Positions 39,341 through 53,313 are shown, counted from the first letter of the stretch. The stretch: DNA of 64,000 nucleotides from Tubiluchus corallicola (GCA_030141605.1 JAQGDQ010000682.1:49367-113366); one strand, 5' to 3'. Made by a program: numbers and translations. Notes: generated by a model not told the origin, from the sequence alone.

Positions 39341-40722
39341 AATATATTATATTGCATGTATATTATATTATATACATGTAAAGGTGGAGGAATGCATTGG
39401 CAGTTCTTTAATTCATGGTGTACCTCTCTAGATGGCTTCTACTATGATGTGATGGTGTGTGGACAGTGGGGAGACTGCTAAGCTGAACTAAACGGAAAAG
39501 TGACATTGAACAACAATCATATACAGTACTGTCCAAGGCTTTTAAAGCGCTACTGCATCTCAATACTAATTACAAGTAAAATTAATATTAAAAAATACAG
39601 AGAATAAAATTAGACCCGCATTAATAATAAAAGCACAATGAATTACGTGTTAATTCACAGATAATAAATTTACGTAATTAAAAGCACAAATGAAATGCGA
39701 GTCGAAAAAGTCAATGATAAAACACGGCGTAGGTAAAAATCGTTATAAATAAACTGTTCGATAAATTTATCAAATACAAATGTCTTTAATTTAGCTTTGA
39801 ATGTTTACTACAGTACGTAATGGTGTAGGAACTTTGTTCCAGAAAGCAAAGACAGGATTTGTTTACCGTCGCTCATTTAACAAACAACATTAACACTAAC
39901 GGCTATTTATCCTCTTGCACAACGACAACAATACAGGTAAGGACGCAATACACAAATAACTAATATTGTGTACAGTTTATATCGAACTCGATATTGCGTG
40001 TTTACACAACCCCAGGACAAAGCACATGAACACTCGCAGAGAAAGTTCTGCTGCCGTGCGTTTTGCTGTAATTTCTGGGCTGGTCAGAAAGTGTACGCAA
40101 AGTTTCACAATTTCTGTAAATGTCTCCCTTGCAAAGATTCAGTTTGCAGTGGTTTGAGAAATCGATCCACTAATGACGATGATAATGATAATGACAGCTG
40201 TGATCAGGAAGATTAGACGCTTGCGGACGAAAAGAGGATGGCTGGTGATAGTAAGTTAATTCATGGACCATAACAAGACTTTACATGAGCATCAGAAATA
40301 CAAATGGGGTAACTGACCTTTACGGTCCATATTAAATAAATTCATTATTACACGGCTATCGTTATGCACCAGAAGATGAAGAAAATATTAAAATAAAACA
40401 CCAAATTATGTATCTATTAAATATCAAAAGCATTTAAAAGTTCAAAGCATAATTTAAACGTATTAAACATACTTTGATATGAAAAGAGTTCGTTTAAATT
40501 ATTGTAATCTACATTAGGATATTAGGACATTCCGTTAAATGGACACACAGCTATCCCATGATCCTCTTGTTGAATTTACCCACATTGTTACAATCTAGTC
40601 TCGCCCTGCTCCCCATATCAACTTCCCGTTTCCACCTTGAGTCTGTGTCATTGTAATCTTAAACGAGTATATGCGATACGATGTCGTTCAATGGCATTTG
40701 TTGGTATTGTAAGTGGCGTTAA

Positions 40723-41380
40723 AGCACAAGAAAACCCTCCACTTACATAAAGCTTAAAAAATTCGTATCGAAATTTTTTATACCATTTACATACTACCTT
40801 TTTCGTGTAGGGCTTGCATCGTCCGTAACGCTGTACAAGACGTGTAGATTTAAACTCCCGCGATGACCGTTAGGCGCAGCCATTTTGATGGTAGGAACGT
40901 TTGAAACAAGTTTAGATAACACTGAATAAAATTTGAAAAAATAATCTGAGCATTCGCAGCATACATGTTTCTAACTAGGTAAAATGTTAAATTACAGTAT
41001 CTTATCAATAAGATTAAAAATATGTTTTTAGTTACCGAGTGGTGCACCCTGCAGGGTGAGCCAACGACATCTTAACAATTGGCACAAACGTTTTAAATTA
41101 TTATTTCCAGTTACATAAATCTTTCCAGCAGGTAAGCGAAATTCTAAATAATATTGATTTGCACGGAAAGTTTTTTGAGCCCTTGCTTCCTGTGATTTAC
41201 GTTTGCGTAGTGACGTCATGTAATGGCGCCGTCGGAACAGTATTGCGGGAGATTTAAAATGAAGACAAACAAAAACTTTTCTCAACGCGAGTGCGATATA
41301 TGCATAAAATTGCTGTAAAGTAATGTAATCTTTAAGGTGATTTTTCTGAAACCTAATTTAGGTAACCCTTTTCTGGTCCT
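40723..41380 (-). mobile_element. Kolobok-like MITE family C, copy 1
   Basis: TTAA|agcacaagaaaa ... ttttctggtcct|TTAA; inverted homolog at 63198-63746. Confidence 0.75.
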
Positions 41381-43534
41381 TTAAGGTGAGATTCATTATA
41401 ACGTAAGTGCAGTGCTTAGTTGATTGGCTGGATCTCACTGAGTTCTTTAATTGTTGTCGCTTATGCTCTTCATAATCACGGCTTCTATGGTAGATTGTCC
41501 AGACACTTTATCAAGTTGCATCTTGCCGCGATTCTCCTAATTCCTGTAGGTGTGAATGCAAGGCTGACTGCTGATATGAGGTCTAATTTCTACTGTCTAG
41601 ACTCATGTAGATTCATTAGGTGCAATTGTCAAGTTCAACTGAGCTCATTCATAACGCAACTCTATCGATCTGATTCATTTTCTCATAGAGAGTGTAAATT
41701 GAACGTTTCGTCTGCAGTAAACTGTACTCCTCAAACGAAGACATGATTATATTGGTGTAGAAATGTTTATGCATTTCATAGCAATTTATCTGCTGAGCAA
41801 AAAGCCTAATTTGCACAAGATTTAGGCACAAAATTGCTGTAAAGGAATTGCACATGATAACATCATCTATGAAAATGATGGTGACAGCGACAGAAAGGAC
41901 GACAGAACGAAGAGGAGAATGAATAGAAAGAGAAAGGTGGCGACCATGATAGCAACAATGACAACAATGAAGAAAAATCAACTACTAAACCAGCAAGTTT
42001 TCATTCAATTTTATGTTTTGTCTGTTGCCACTTATTTAAATTTTCAGGACTTCATGACCTTAAAATGTAATTACTTACTGACTGACTGATCGACTAACTG
42101 ACAGTGATTGGCTGGCTAAGTAACATGTTGACATTTTCTGCTTGACTTAGATATTGACTGCCTGATTCACCGACTGGCTGACAGCTTGACAGACTGATTA
42201 ACTGACTAATTCACTTATTTATGTAGGCCAGTGACTCATTGCCTGACTGGTTGATTCACTGTCATTGAACTCCAATTGCTTGCTGAATACAAAATACAAT
42301 TATTTAAGCTGTAACAGAATTCTTAGTTTAACTGTGTTTTCATTAAAGCCTAAAATCCTAAATTCTCTGTCACACAGACCGATTTTTTGCATTTTACCCT
42401 TTTACCATATGCATCCCAGTAAACCTTTTATATGACTTCTTCTAAATATGTTTTGTGCACAAAATACTTTCAGTTATTTATTTTAGGCGCATTGCCTCAC
42501 CACGACACAAAAGTGAAAATGCAATATGTCGATTTTTTAAAATTGTCGAAACTTTACTTCGCTTGTCTATACATTATACATTATTAATGTCTATACATTA
42601 ATTACTCCACCTAAAAGAAGAAAGTAGTAGACAATAAATTCAATATAACAATGATTTTTGCACACGCGCTAGCAATGGCGGTTGTCTGCAGTTATTCCAT
42701 GATAGGATAAGGGAACGTAACTAAGTGAATTTAAATTTCGTATTACCAGTAAGTAACACGTCTTTAAGCAGGGTATACTGTATCCTATGGTGGTCAGCAT
42801 AACCACAAATTATGCTGTTGCTGTTTACTAATGAAACACGGCGGTTTATCAAAAGTAATTTACGAATTTATGGTGGGGGTAATTTTTTATCGTTACCAAA
42901 CTCGGTTGTAAAAAATCGTGACCCTATAAGGGTTAAAGTGATTCTATTAATTACACGAGGTGCATATCACACTTTTATTACTAAATCCTTCTAACATTTT
43001 TCACAAACATTGAAATAAACTTAACTTCTCAAAAGGCTTAGCCTCTCCATTAGGCTCTAATGACATTTTTGAAAGCTGCATTATGTTAATAGGCAGTTTT
43101 AACAAGCAGCAATCATCGCTTAATGATATTGATAATGATAATGAAGTAGCAAATGAGTTACGAAGCACTTAATGTCGCCTGTCTTTGCTGGAATGAAGTT
43201 TTTAAGTAAGAAAACTTTAGACTTTTTTTAAAAATACAGTTACACGTAAGTGAAGTTTATTACTATTAGTTTTCATCTGGCTTCAATTAGAAGCACAGAA
43301 ATCAGCGCGAAAAATTAGGATAGTTACGCATCTTACTACTTAGATCAACATTTGTAACAATTTTAGACATTAATTTATTAATTATAATATTCGTTTCAAG
43401 ACACTTCTGTAGTCAATAAAAATTTTTAAATTTTACCGGGAAGAAAGAAATGCAAACACTTGGGCTGAGTTTATAGATTTGAATCAGAAACTTGTATTGT
43501 ATTACAAATATGACACCATCCTCATAAGGAGATT

Positions 43535-43600
43535 GTGCGTTTATTTGCAGTGTGCCGGACTTGTAATCCAAAAGTCCCTGGTTCAAATCCAGTCTTAATC
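43535..43600 (+). mobile_element. tRNA-like SINE head or tRNA pseudogene
   Basis: Anticodon arm ggacttgtaatcc and T arm ctggttcaaatccag; D arm and acceptor stem decayed. Confidence 0.5.
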
Positions 43601-43773
43601 CTGATTTTTTCACGTTTATTTCCTTTAGGTCAAGCTTCGTTTCCTTGTGGGGTTTATTCCCTATTAAAATATCTTTCTTTTATACGTTTTTAGGTTTGCC
43701 CTAAAAATCGAATACCCTGAATGTGGTAGAGGGCATATCCTGGCCAGTGTTGATAATTCTATAGATAGTTTAA

Positions 43774-44226
43774 CCCTTTCAGTCCCAAATTATTTATTTA
43801 ATAAAAAAATTTCGGCTCGGTACTTTTGTTCAGTATGTCCATCTTGTTTAGACATAATAATTTTTTTTCTACCTGTGCCCGTGTGCTAAATATAGCCTGT
43901 ATCCCACGGGATACATTGGGATTCAATGGAAGCATAAAATGTGCTTCATTTTGCAACTGCTGATAATTTTTAAAGTATTTAAGACATTTAGTATGCATGC
44001 TATACTGATCTGTACAAAGTCGTCTCTAAAGTACTGTAGCTTGCACAGTTTTTTATGCTATGTAGATTTTCTAGTTTGACATTTTATCACCATTTTTAGT
44101 CTATTGTTATTGGCTTAAATCAAAATAACTATTAACAGATCAAATAACTGTCAGTTTTAAAATTTTATTAATTTTAAAGGCAGAAAATATTCTCGTATCC
44201 CACGGGATGCAACGGGTATGAAAGGG
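43774..44226. mobile_element. piggyBac-type MITE
   Basis: TTAA|ccctttcagtccc ... gggtatgaaaggg|TTAA; internal repeat gtatcccacgggat twice. Confidence 0.88.
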
Positions 44227-44944
44227 TTAAGATAGATAAAAACATGCTTGGTAAAGAGAAAGATGATAAAGAGTTAGAAGGTACATGGAAATAACGAGCT
44301 TAATGAATCTAACTAGATAACAGTATCATTACCTGCGTACTTATAACCGTTTCGTTGTAAGAATAACCTTTAGAAAATTCTTTGTCTTTACAGTTTAATT
44401 TTCTGGAAAACGCTTCAATAACTGGCTTCTTAGAGAATTTTCCCTATTTTCCTCGTGAGCTCTCTAAAACGTGAAACCTGTCTGTTTTATTGCGTGAGAT
44501 GAGCTTTGTCAACAGAAGAACTAGGATTTTGATTAATCGTTTCTGTGGCTTTTATCTTATTAAAAAGACTGCAGTTTTCTACTGTGAGATCAAAGCAATG
44601 CAAATTCATGAAAATGAAAGTTTTGCTGTAAGTGCAGGACATTATGGCTACTTAAGTAGGACCAGACAAATGTAAATGATAACATTCCCGAGAGGAAAGG
44701 CATAGTTATTAAATGCTAGCTCGTGGCCATTTTAAAAATAATTAATTTTATTCTGATCAGAAGAAGTGTGAAAAAATTTGAAATCGGGGTATAAGTTGTG
44801 CAACACACGAAAGAACAAACCATGAAAATAAACGAAACGACGTGTCACAATGTGATAAGCTCATTTTAAAATGTGATAGCAACACAATAAAACATATCAC
44901 ATCACATCACAGATATCACATCACTTTAATGATAAGGCAAAATC

Positions 44945-45254
44945 GTCGTCGTTTCGGTGCTGCTACGTTCTAAGAAAACATGGCACATCCCACCTGTTGA
45001 TGCCACACATTCCTATCCACTGCCTCCGTCCACGATCCGTCAAATCTAGAGCTGTGTTTGCTGAATCTTTTTGTTATAAATCTATATAGGTCAGTAGCTG
45101 ATCCCTTCTCGGCTTTTTGTCGTTCCAAGAGCTTTACGTAATGCTGTAGGAAGAGGAGACTCTTGAGGTAATCTTAGTGTATGCCTAATCCAATGCAATC
45201 TTCTTACTTGGATTTGTTTACTCCAAGAATTCTTCTTCACCACGTCATACAGAT

Positions 45255-45303
<49 letters not shown>

Positions 45304-45500
45304 GTCGTCGTCGTCGTCGTTGTCGTCATCATCATCATTATCATCATCATCATAGGAAGAGGAGATTCTTGAGGTAATCTTAGTGTATGCGTAATCCAGT
45401 GCAATCTTCTTACTTGGATTTGTTTACTCCAAGAATTCTTCTTGACCACGTCGTACAGATCATCAATTAACATTCTGTCAGGTCATTTAATATCGAATAG
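44945..45500 (-). mobile_element. RTE-clade LINE 3' remnant with internal duplication around a (CAT/CGT)n microsatellite
   Basis: Reverse complement of ~38130-38450; ~115-bp direct repeats at ~45147-45260 and ~45353-45465. Confidence 0.75.
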
Positions 45501-45975
45501 TATTTTTTATCTTATATGGCAACGTAAAATAAGCCGACTGTGACGTAGGCCGACACCATGGCAAGCTTTAACATGACGTAATGTCACGTGATATCTGCTC
45601 TTGTTGTTTTCCAATTAACGTCGAGCATATTGGTCTATCGGTTCCGCTTCCGCTGTGACGTCAGCTCACCCAGAGGCATTCGGGACAACAGAACATGTTG
45701 GATATCAACTGTCTTTAGTAAACAACTTACAACTAGTGTCTAATCAACAGATAAACTGTTTGTACTTTTGTCATACACAAAAATTTACAAAGCAGCAGTT
45801 ATTTTTACACGAAATTAACACTTCAAGTAGCCAAAAAATGACTTCAATTTAAACAGAATGTAGAGACGAAGTTTCAAAGCACTACTAAATACAGAACGTA
45901 AGTGTAGTAAAGAAACTAAGCAAATTAGCCTTGCTTTACAATAAATGAACAACAAAAACATTAAGTCTCTCTTGC

Positions 45976-46175
45976 CTTTGAACATACGAACATCATTCTT
46001 ACTTGCGATGTATTTTTTCTATATTTAGCTGATCATGTGCTCGTCTGCAAGATTCATCTACTTTTCCCACTTGTTAGGCTACAGAAGTGGAATTAATTTG
46101 ATTAGTTCCATTCCACAGACGACCGTTATATCGACTGCCCGAGTTACATAAGTCCCGATGGCATCTTTCAACCAT
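45976..46175 (-). pseudogene. Decayed THAP zinc-finger exon, probably transposon-derived
   Basis: MVERCHRDLCNSGSRY..[shift]IKLIPLL*P..[shift]CRRAHDQLNIEK..FVCSK, then gcaag: a C-x4-C...P...C-R-R...VCSK(HF) THAP pattern with stops and frameshifts. Confidence 0.6.
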
Positions 46176-47924
46176 GATTATAACCAGAAAAATAGCGTAA
46201 AATTAACTAATATACAATGTTAATTGTGACCACATTTGAATTAATTTGGTTCGTAAAGATGATCTCATTTAGATTTATAAAAACTGGCCAGAAAATAAAA
46301 CATTTTGCCTAAATATTTGGTTTTACAACTTGTGCAAACCTACTTAGAGGTGCCCCAGACTGTAATTTTCACACGCAGGTTAACCTTGAATCATTTATGC
46401 CTGCAAAAGCTCGACCTTCAGTGACCTGAAGTTATGAATTTGTTCTTATATCTGTTCAGGTAGCTTTTTGACGTTTGCGGACATTAAAACAGCGTCATAT
46501 GATCGACCTAACTCGTTTTGTTAATTTGTCATTTTTAAAGTTAATCATCGAGTTGTTTTTCTCCAACTTGCAGAGTCATAAAGTACTAAACTGCGTATTT
46601 TGTATTGCAGTGATGCAAACTTTACTTCTGTAATTAGACGTCATTGGCGTAGTTTGTTATATCATTAATTGTTATTTGTGTTATTGTTGTGTGTCATGAT
46701 TTATTGTATTATTTGTATTAATTTGTAATGTGTATATGAACTTTGTAAAGTTTGAAACAAAATATTAAATCCAAAAAAATCTAAAAAAATATTTTCTTGT
46801 TAGTAAAACAGTTTGGTCAGCAACTAACAGACGTAAGCGTTGTGCATTTCTTCCCATAATAAACGAAACTGGACTGTATATTTCCATTAATTCACTTGAA
46901 ATTTCAATCGACAACAAAATCTAGAATTACGCTTATTTCTCCCGCTAACTAATGAAAAATTGAGCATTTTTCATAACAGTATTAGATGCCTGGCCATAGG
47001 CAGCTGCAGCTAAATGATGTGAAATCACCGGCGTTAAGTAAGCTCTGCAGGGGTGTGAAAAACCTTGCACGCTGATTGGGCAGTCAACGAGAATGATTGA
47101 CATTATGTTTGACGTCAATTGTTGGTTTTTCTGTTACTGCGATGGGTTACCGACGTCTTTAATTACAAACCACGTAATGAAAATCAGTTTCTTGATTGGC
47201 TTTTGAGAGATTGATTCTTCCTGAGGCCGCATTTTTGTCTGATTAATTCTTCAGTTTATTAGCGTTTTTTTCATGTAAATCAAAATATTAATTCTTGCCG
47301 ATAGCTTAAAACTATAAATGTGTTTGTTTGCTCTTGATATATGGGATTGTAATGTGATTAGACTGAAGGTTTTTGTATTTAAAAGAAGTTCTCGAAAAGC
47401 ATATTATTAGAAATTAGTATTTTGTTGATCTTTACTGTAGTTCCTAGCTAAAGATAAGATAAAAGCAAAGAACGTTTGATTAAAACATCATAATGCAAAT
47501 TCATGTTACAAGGTCAGACTGTTACGATGTCAGACGTACACGTGTATTGAATGGCAGTAATAATATAATGTAAAGTTTGGGCGTCACATCACATTGATTT
47601 TACGATAATAATTGTTTGTATCTATTTAATTTGTGCACAGTTACGTGCATGGAAAAACCTGTTCCTGGCATTTTACGTACCAGGTTTTCCCCAGGGATCT
47701 ATTTCCTGCCTACGCTTTTATAGTATCATAACTGTATTTAGGCGGTTATGTAGTTAATAAACGGGTGAAAGCAGCGATTCACTTGACTTTAATGTTATTC
47801 ATTATACAATTAAGCTGCAGAAGACTACGCTTTTACTATATATTTATTTATATTTATATTTATTTATATATAAATATTTATTATATATATTTATATAGAT
47901 TTATTCTACAGTAATTTGTTTTAT

Positions 47925-47984
47925 GTATATATATATATATATATATATAATAGACATACACACACTAACACACACACACACACA

Positions 47985-48041
<57 letters not shown>

Positions 48042-48194
48042 ACACACACACTTCCGATAGGAAAATAATTTTCTGCCAAGGAATTGTACAGATAAGAAGC
48101 CAGTGGGAAGATACTACCCCATTTTCAAATACGATTAAAAGTATACATTTTAACACAATTAATGCTGCAAAAGCGTTTCTGGCAATAAACAATC

Positions 48195-48225
<31 letters not shown>

Positions 48226-48320
48226 TGTATGTATGTATGTATGTATGTATGTATGTATGTATGTATGTATGTATGTATGTATGTATGTATGTATGTATGT
48301 ATGTATGTATGTATGTATAT
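47925..48320. repeat. (AT)n, (CA)n/(CACG)n and (ATGT)n microsatellites flanking a family-B fragment (48057-48190)
   Basis: Directly visible. Confidence 0.95.
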
Positions 48321-49299
48321 ACAATAATTGTTCTACGTTTCCGACAGTTCTTATAAAGATTCGTCAGAGAGCCACTAATCTTGCTTTATAGGGGTAAGTA
48401 ATTATGGATCCAAGTTGATCACAATCAGTTTTACTGTCCTAATTCACAGTCCACTGAAATGTGGCACATAAAGGGACATTATTAAATCAATAGCAATCTA
48501 TTAGTCATGGTCGATATCTGGTATTAAACATTTGACACGTCACATGTCTATGCGAGCTGTAGTTACATTACATACAGTTTAATAGTTAGTTGATAAGCAA
48601 AGCGCGCGAGGCTGATGAGTTTTGATAGGGCGTGAAAAAATGTGTATTTCAATTCAATTTCAATTTATTTATCTCTTTAAAGTGTTACAATAAAACATAA
48701 TTAATAAAAGAATCTCTAATAAATTTTGAAAAATGGTTAAAATATAAGATCTAGAACTAGAGAAAGGATAGCGAAAAGACTATAAAGTCACCTAGTCTGC
48801 TATCGTTTATGTTTTCGGTTAACAATCGACTTTACCATTTTAGGTGCTACTCGAATTATTTTCTCGCGTTTACGAGATAAAATTATCTCGTATCAAATTA
48901 ATTTTTTTATTTACCTGTTAATCGTTACCTGATTCACCTTTTGTCAATTGGCTTCTTTAGCTTTTTGGAGTTGCACGAACGTTGCCTTTTGAATTTTTTT
49001 TGCTTTAACCCAGTTTTAATATTGCCATATTTTTACCATTCATTTATATGTTCAAAAATCCGAAATATTCAAAACGTAAAATAAGCACCAACAATTTTAA
49101 ATTGCTCTAAACTCAATCAAGACTCAATTAAATTTTAGTAAGGTTCATAAGTTTACTATTATGTTTTTTGTCAAGGTTATTATAATTTCTTTTAAGACGT
49201 AGTCCAAGGATAACTCCTTAAATAATTCGATGTTTATTTCAAAGGTGGTCCCGATTATTGTATGATAAAACCATGAGAACCAGCGATACAATCTGGTAA

Positions 49300-49372
49300 G
49301 ACTACGTCGGGAGTTGAACCCTTAACCTCCCGTTTAGGATGAAAGCACGCTATCACTGAGCTTATACCACCC
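49300..49372 (-). mobile_element. tRNA-like SINE head
   Basis: Minus strand: ggtataagctcagtgatagcgtg...gggttcaactcccga (A and B boxes); imperfect cloverleaf. Confidence 0.5.
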
Positions 49373-50229
49373 GGAATAAAATGTAATTATTTATGCTTTG
49401 CTGTTAGAATTTGGTATTTTAAATTTGTCCACTGCCCTGAGTTTCCGTAGCAGTAACGGTTAAACTTCAATAGCAAATAGTTATACACGAGGGCTACAGT
49501 AATGTTTATGATTATAACAAGTCAATGCTTCCAGTTTATATTTATGAATGTAGCTTAAGATTATGTTTAGATAGTTTACGATAATTCATGTACTTTATTA
49601 GCTTCATTTTTTATCACAAACTCGTCTAGATAAAGTAATACCAAGCTGCCTTTTTATTTGTCGAATTGCTCGACAGATGGCGCAGGGCAGTTAGCTTTTG
49701 ATTCTGCCCAGCCAGCCAGTACATTCTCGCGAAGTTTTCAGCTTTCGCATGTTGGACAGGATTTCATAATTATTTTTAAGAAGTGGTGCTGACAAGCCAC
49801 TGGCGTAGCAGTGTCTAGTTTTTTTGGTGGATTACTGCTGCGTTTACCTGTCTGAAGGCAGATTTCTTTTATTTTAGAATTCTGCCTGCCCAATGTCTAC
49901 AATGTGATGGGCGTATGATGATAATGAATTATTTTTAACTGTAGTTATACATTATATATTATATTATACATTATATACATCATGATAAAAAACTTATTAT
50001 TTTCCTTAAATTAATGCTTATAAAAATTTTAAGTGCATTGAAAATGGAAGTTAATAAGTTAGTTTTTAACATCTATTAACTGAGTACAAACAGTTATGGT
50101 TGTCAAACTGTATCCTTAATGTTAAACCAGGCTAACAGAAAACATATAAAAAACAGGATATTTTTGTTTACGAATCTTGTAATAACTACGTAATATACCA
50201 GAACTTAAAGCAAAACCGGACCCAATCTT

Positions 50230-50800
50230 AAGCTGTAGGTCAAAACTTTGGAACACATTTTTTCAAAAATGACTTGCGTGAAAGAATGATTACCACACAA
50301 ACACAATTTCACGTTCGAGCCACTAGTTCTTCGCCGTTACATGCATTCCGTCATTCGCTAGTTAGACGGGCACTAGCGCCTGCATTTCGGAAACGCGTTT
50401 TGCACAAACAGGTATTGCACCTCTCAGTTCAGATGTGTTACTTTGTGACGCACTTTGCACGTTCGACAGTTCACGCGTGAGCACAGCGGTAAATTTGAAA
50501 TTGGAATTTTTATCTTAAAACTTGCCTAGTTTTAGTACAACACACTGAATACCTTACAGTAGCACTGTACTTCAATTTTTATTTTCACAGACACGTACAA
50601 TACGCTCGTAGAATATTTTTCCTGTTGAAAATTATGTTAGTTTGTGATGTCATCAGTAGTTGGGCTCGCACGCCGTTAATTAATATTTTAATCTATTATT
50701 TATTTATCAGAAACGCGTTTGCAGTATTAATTGTGTCAAAATGGATACTTTGATCGTACTTGGAAATGCGGTAGTGTATGAAAAATCATCCTGTCTTCCT
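50230..50800 (+). mobile_element. Kolobok-like MITE family B, left arm of an inverted pair
   Basis: Ends atcctgtcttcct|TTAA; reverse complement of 51178-51782. Confidence 0.75.
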
Positions 50801-51177
50801 TTAAGTTTAATTTCACCTGATTTGTGGTGACGATTATTTCCTTCACCGTTCTTTCTTAGACGACCAAAAAAATTATTGGCTATTTGAAGGACTCACAGGA
50901 GCGAGAGTCAAATTTGAAATATGAATGTACAGAGAATTAAAACCGTGTAACAATATTTCAGTGTTGGAAGAATCTGTTGGTGTTTTTCTTCAATCAAGCG
51001 AGATTTTAGTGTTCGGGGAAATAATTTTCTGCCAAGGAATTGTATAGATAAGAAGCCCGTGGGAAAATTGAAGTAAAAACAGTCAAGAAGCAGCAGAAAA
51101 TGAGTTTTTCAGCTAGCGAGGGTTGCTCCCGAGAGCATCTTTTGTAGAAGCTGTTTCCTAGTTAATGGCATGTTTAA

Positions 51178-51782
51178 AGGAAGACAGGATAATTTTTCAT
51201 ATACTACCCCAATTTTTAAATACGATTAAAATACGATCAAATACGCTTACATTTTAACACAATTAATCCTGCAAAAGCGTTTCTGGTAATTAAATTATAG
51301 ACTAAAATCTTAAGCCCAATAAGCCCAACTATTTATGATATCACAAACTAACATAATTTTCGACAGCAAAAATATTCTACGAGCGTGTTGCACGTGTATG
51401 CAAAAGCGAAAATTGAAGTACAGTGCTATTGTAAGATATTCTGCATGTTGTACAAAAACCAGGTGAGTTTTAAGATAAAAATTCACATTTCAAATTTACC
51501 ACTGTGCTCATGCTTGAGCTGTCGAACGTGTGTAGTTCGTCACGAACGAACACTTCTGAACTGAGAGGTTCAGCACTTGTTTTATGAGCAATGCGTTTCC
51601 GAAATGCAGGTGCTAGTGCCCGTCTAACTAGCGAATGGCGAAATACATGTAACAGCGAACAACTAGTGGCGCGAACACGGAACTGGGTTTGTCTGGTAAT
51701 AATTCTTTCACGTAAGTGGTTTTTGAAAGACTAGTATTCCTTTCAATATTTTAAAAAGTAGATTGTTTTGACCCACAGTTTA
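51178..51782 (-). mobile_element. Kolobok-like MITE family B, right arm of an inverted pair
   Basis: TTAA|aggaagacaggat...; shares e.g. gctagttagacgggcactagc with the left arm in opposite orientation. Confidence 0.75.
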
Positions 51783-52316
51783 AGACAGACTTGATTCGTA
51801 CTGTGAACCTGTTCACTATTGAATACGATTAATTTTACGGGAAAGCGTTAATCTGCATTATGTGACCTGCATTGCAGATGAATAGAATATCCCTATACAA
51901 ATATTAACTGCTTTAATTGCCCGCGTGCCACGTTACACAGTACACATTTACTGCAATAGAATACGACCGTTATAGACAGTTTTATATACGACTGATATAT
52001 TAATATCAGCTGCAGCATCGCCGAGGTACCAAGACGATGTTTGTGCGTGCAGTCAGCTTCCCTCAGGAACGGATGCTGAATTGACGATGTTAATTGCTTG
52101 TTCATTAGATGTTGGCGAAGTTAATCAGCTGGCTTAGCTAGACTGTGCACACTAAATTGAACGTTTATTCTACACTGTATGGCAAAAATTCTAAACTAAG
52201 GAAGGTTTACTCCTCTACACATGGCCGTGGGGTCACTTGACCTCCTCCGCCCTCTAGCCGTTGACTGCTTGTGCAGTTCCTCCGCCTAGTGTCGAGATAC
52301 AGTGTGGGCATCCCGC

Positions 52317-52436
52317 AAGCCTACAGCACCTGGTATTCCTAGGCGTTCACCCATCCAAGTACTAACCAGGCTCTACGTTGCTTAACTTCGGTGATCACAC
52401 GAGAACCGGTGTTTTCAACGTGATTTGGCCGTACTT
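52317..52436 (-). rRNA. Dispersed 5S rRNA copy (likely pseudogene or SINE3 head)
   Basis: tacggccaaatcacgttgaaaacaccggttctcg..gatcaccgaagttaagcaacg..ggttagtacttggatgggtga..gaataccaggtgctgtaggctt matches metazoan 5S; first 3 nt do not pair with the 3' end and no oligo-T terminator follows. Confidence 0.9.
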
Positions 52437-53313
52437 CTATTATATACTGCCTATTATATCACATTGACTGTTGTATTTATTTGCGAAACTTTGATGAATT
52501 GTACTTCCTAGACATACTAGTAACAGCAGTAACAGCGACAACGACAACGACAACGACAACGACAAGAACAGGCTACGCAATCAGAACCTAATTATACATT
52601 TTCACTAGAAGCTGATGCTGTTTGATGTTAAGCGTTCTTGTGCTAAACGACTTAGCTTTGTGTTTGTGCCACTGAGGACTAGAGTAATTTACTTGAACAA
52701 AGTCAAGTTTTCTTTTGATCAGCAGTTTAGCTCTTATATTGATGATTAACCCGTAAATGTTCAAGACGGGATTATTAGCTGCCCATATTAAACAATAGGC
52801 CTATTTATAATTGTGTACAAGCCAAAGCAAAATGAATGAGAGAGAAAGTCGCAAAACTTTGCCTGTGTCCAACACAGGAACTCAAATTTTTATCCTCTAA
52901 ATGGAATTTGGAAATTTTAATGTTGATCACAGGGTCTAATGCAGGAGATAATTGAGTCTACTGAGCTATGTCAAGTTGCTGATAATTTCCTGAAATTTTG
53001 TAATGTTTTAGTGTTAGGTGAAAGTGGTAGTATACATACATACAAGATCTGACAAGTCTGTACGTAATTTGTGCAAAAATTGTAAATAGTCTGCACTGAA
53101 TGCAGGAGAGTATTTAACTGAGATCAGTTTATCTTCGCCAGGAAGTGGGTTGCTAGAAATCTGATTTCTTACCTGTTAAATTCTTTACACTTGTTTCCTG
53201 CAAAGTAATACAGAGTAGTACGACTATTCACTTACTTATTCCAATGCAGTATACGGTAATTTACTTGTTTACCACAGTGTACAGTAGTTCACTTACTTAC
53301 TGGAAAAGATTAT

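Noticed and set aside
3598-52436. Functional link between MAF1 (Pol III repressor) and nearby 5S/tRNA-like elements
   Set aside because: Such elements are abundant genome-wide; proximity is uninformative.
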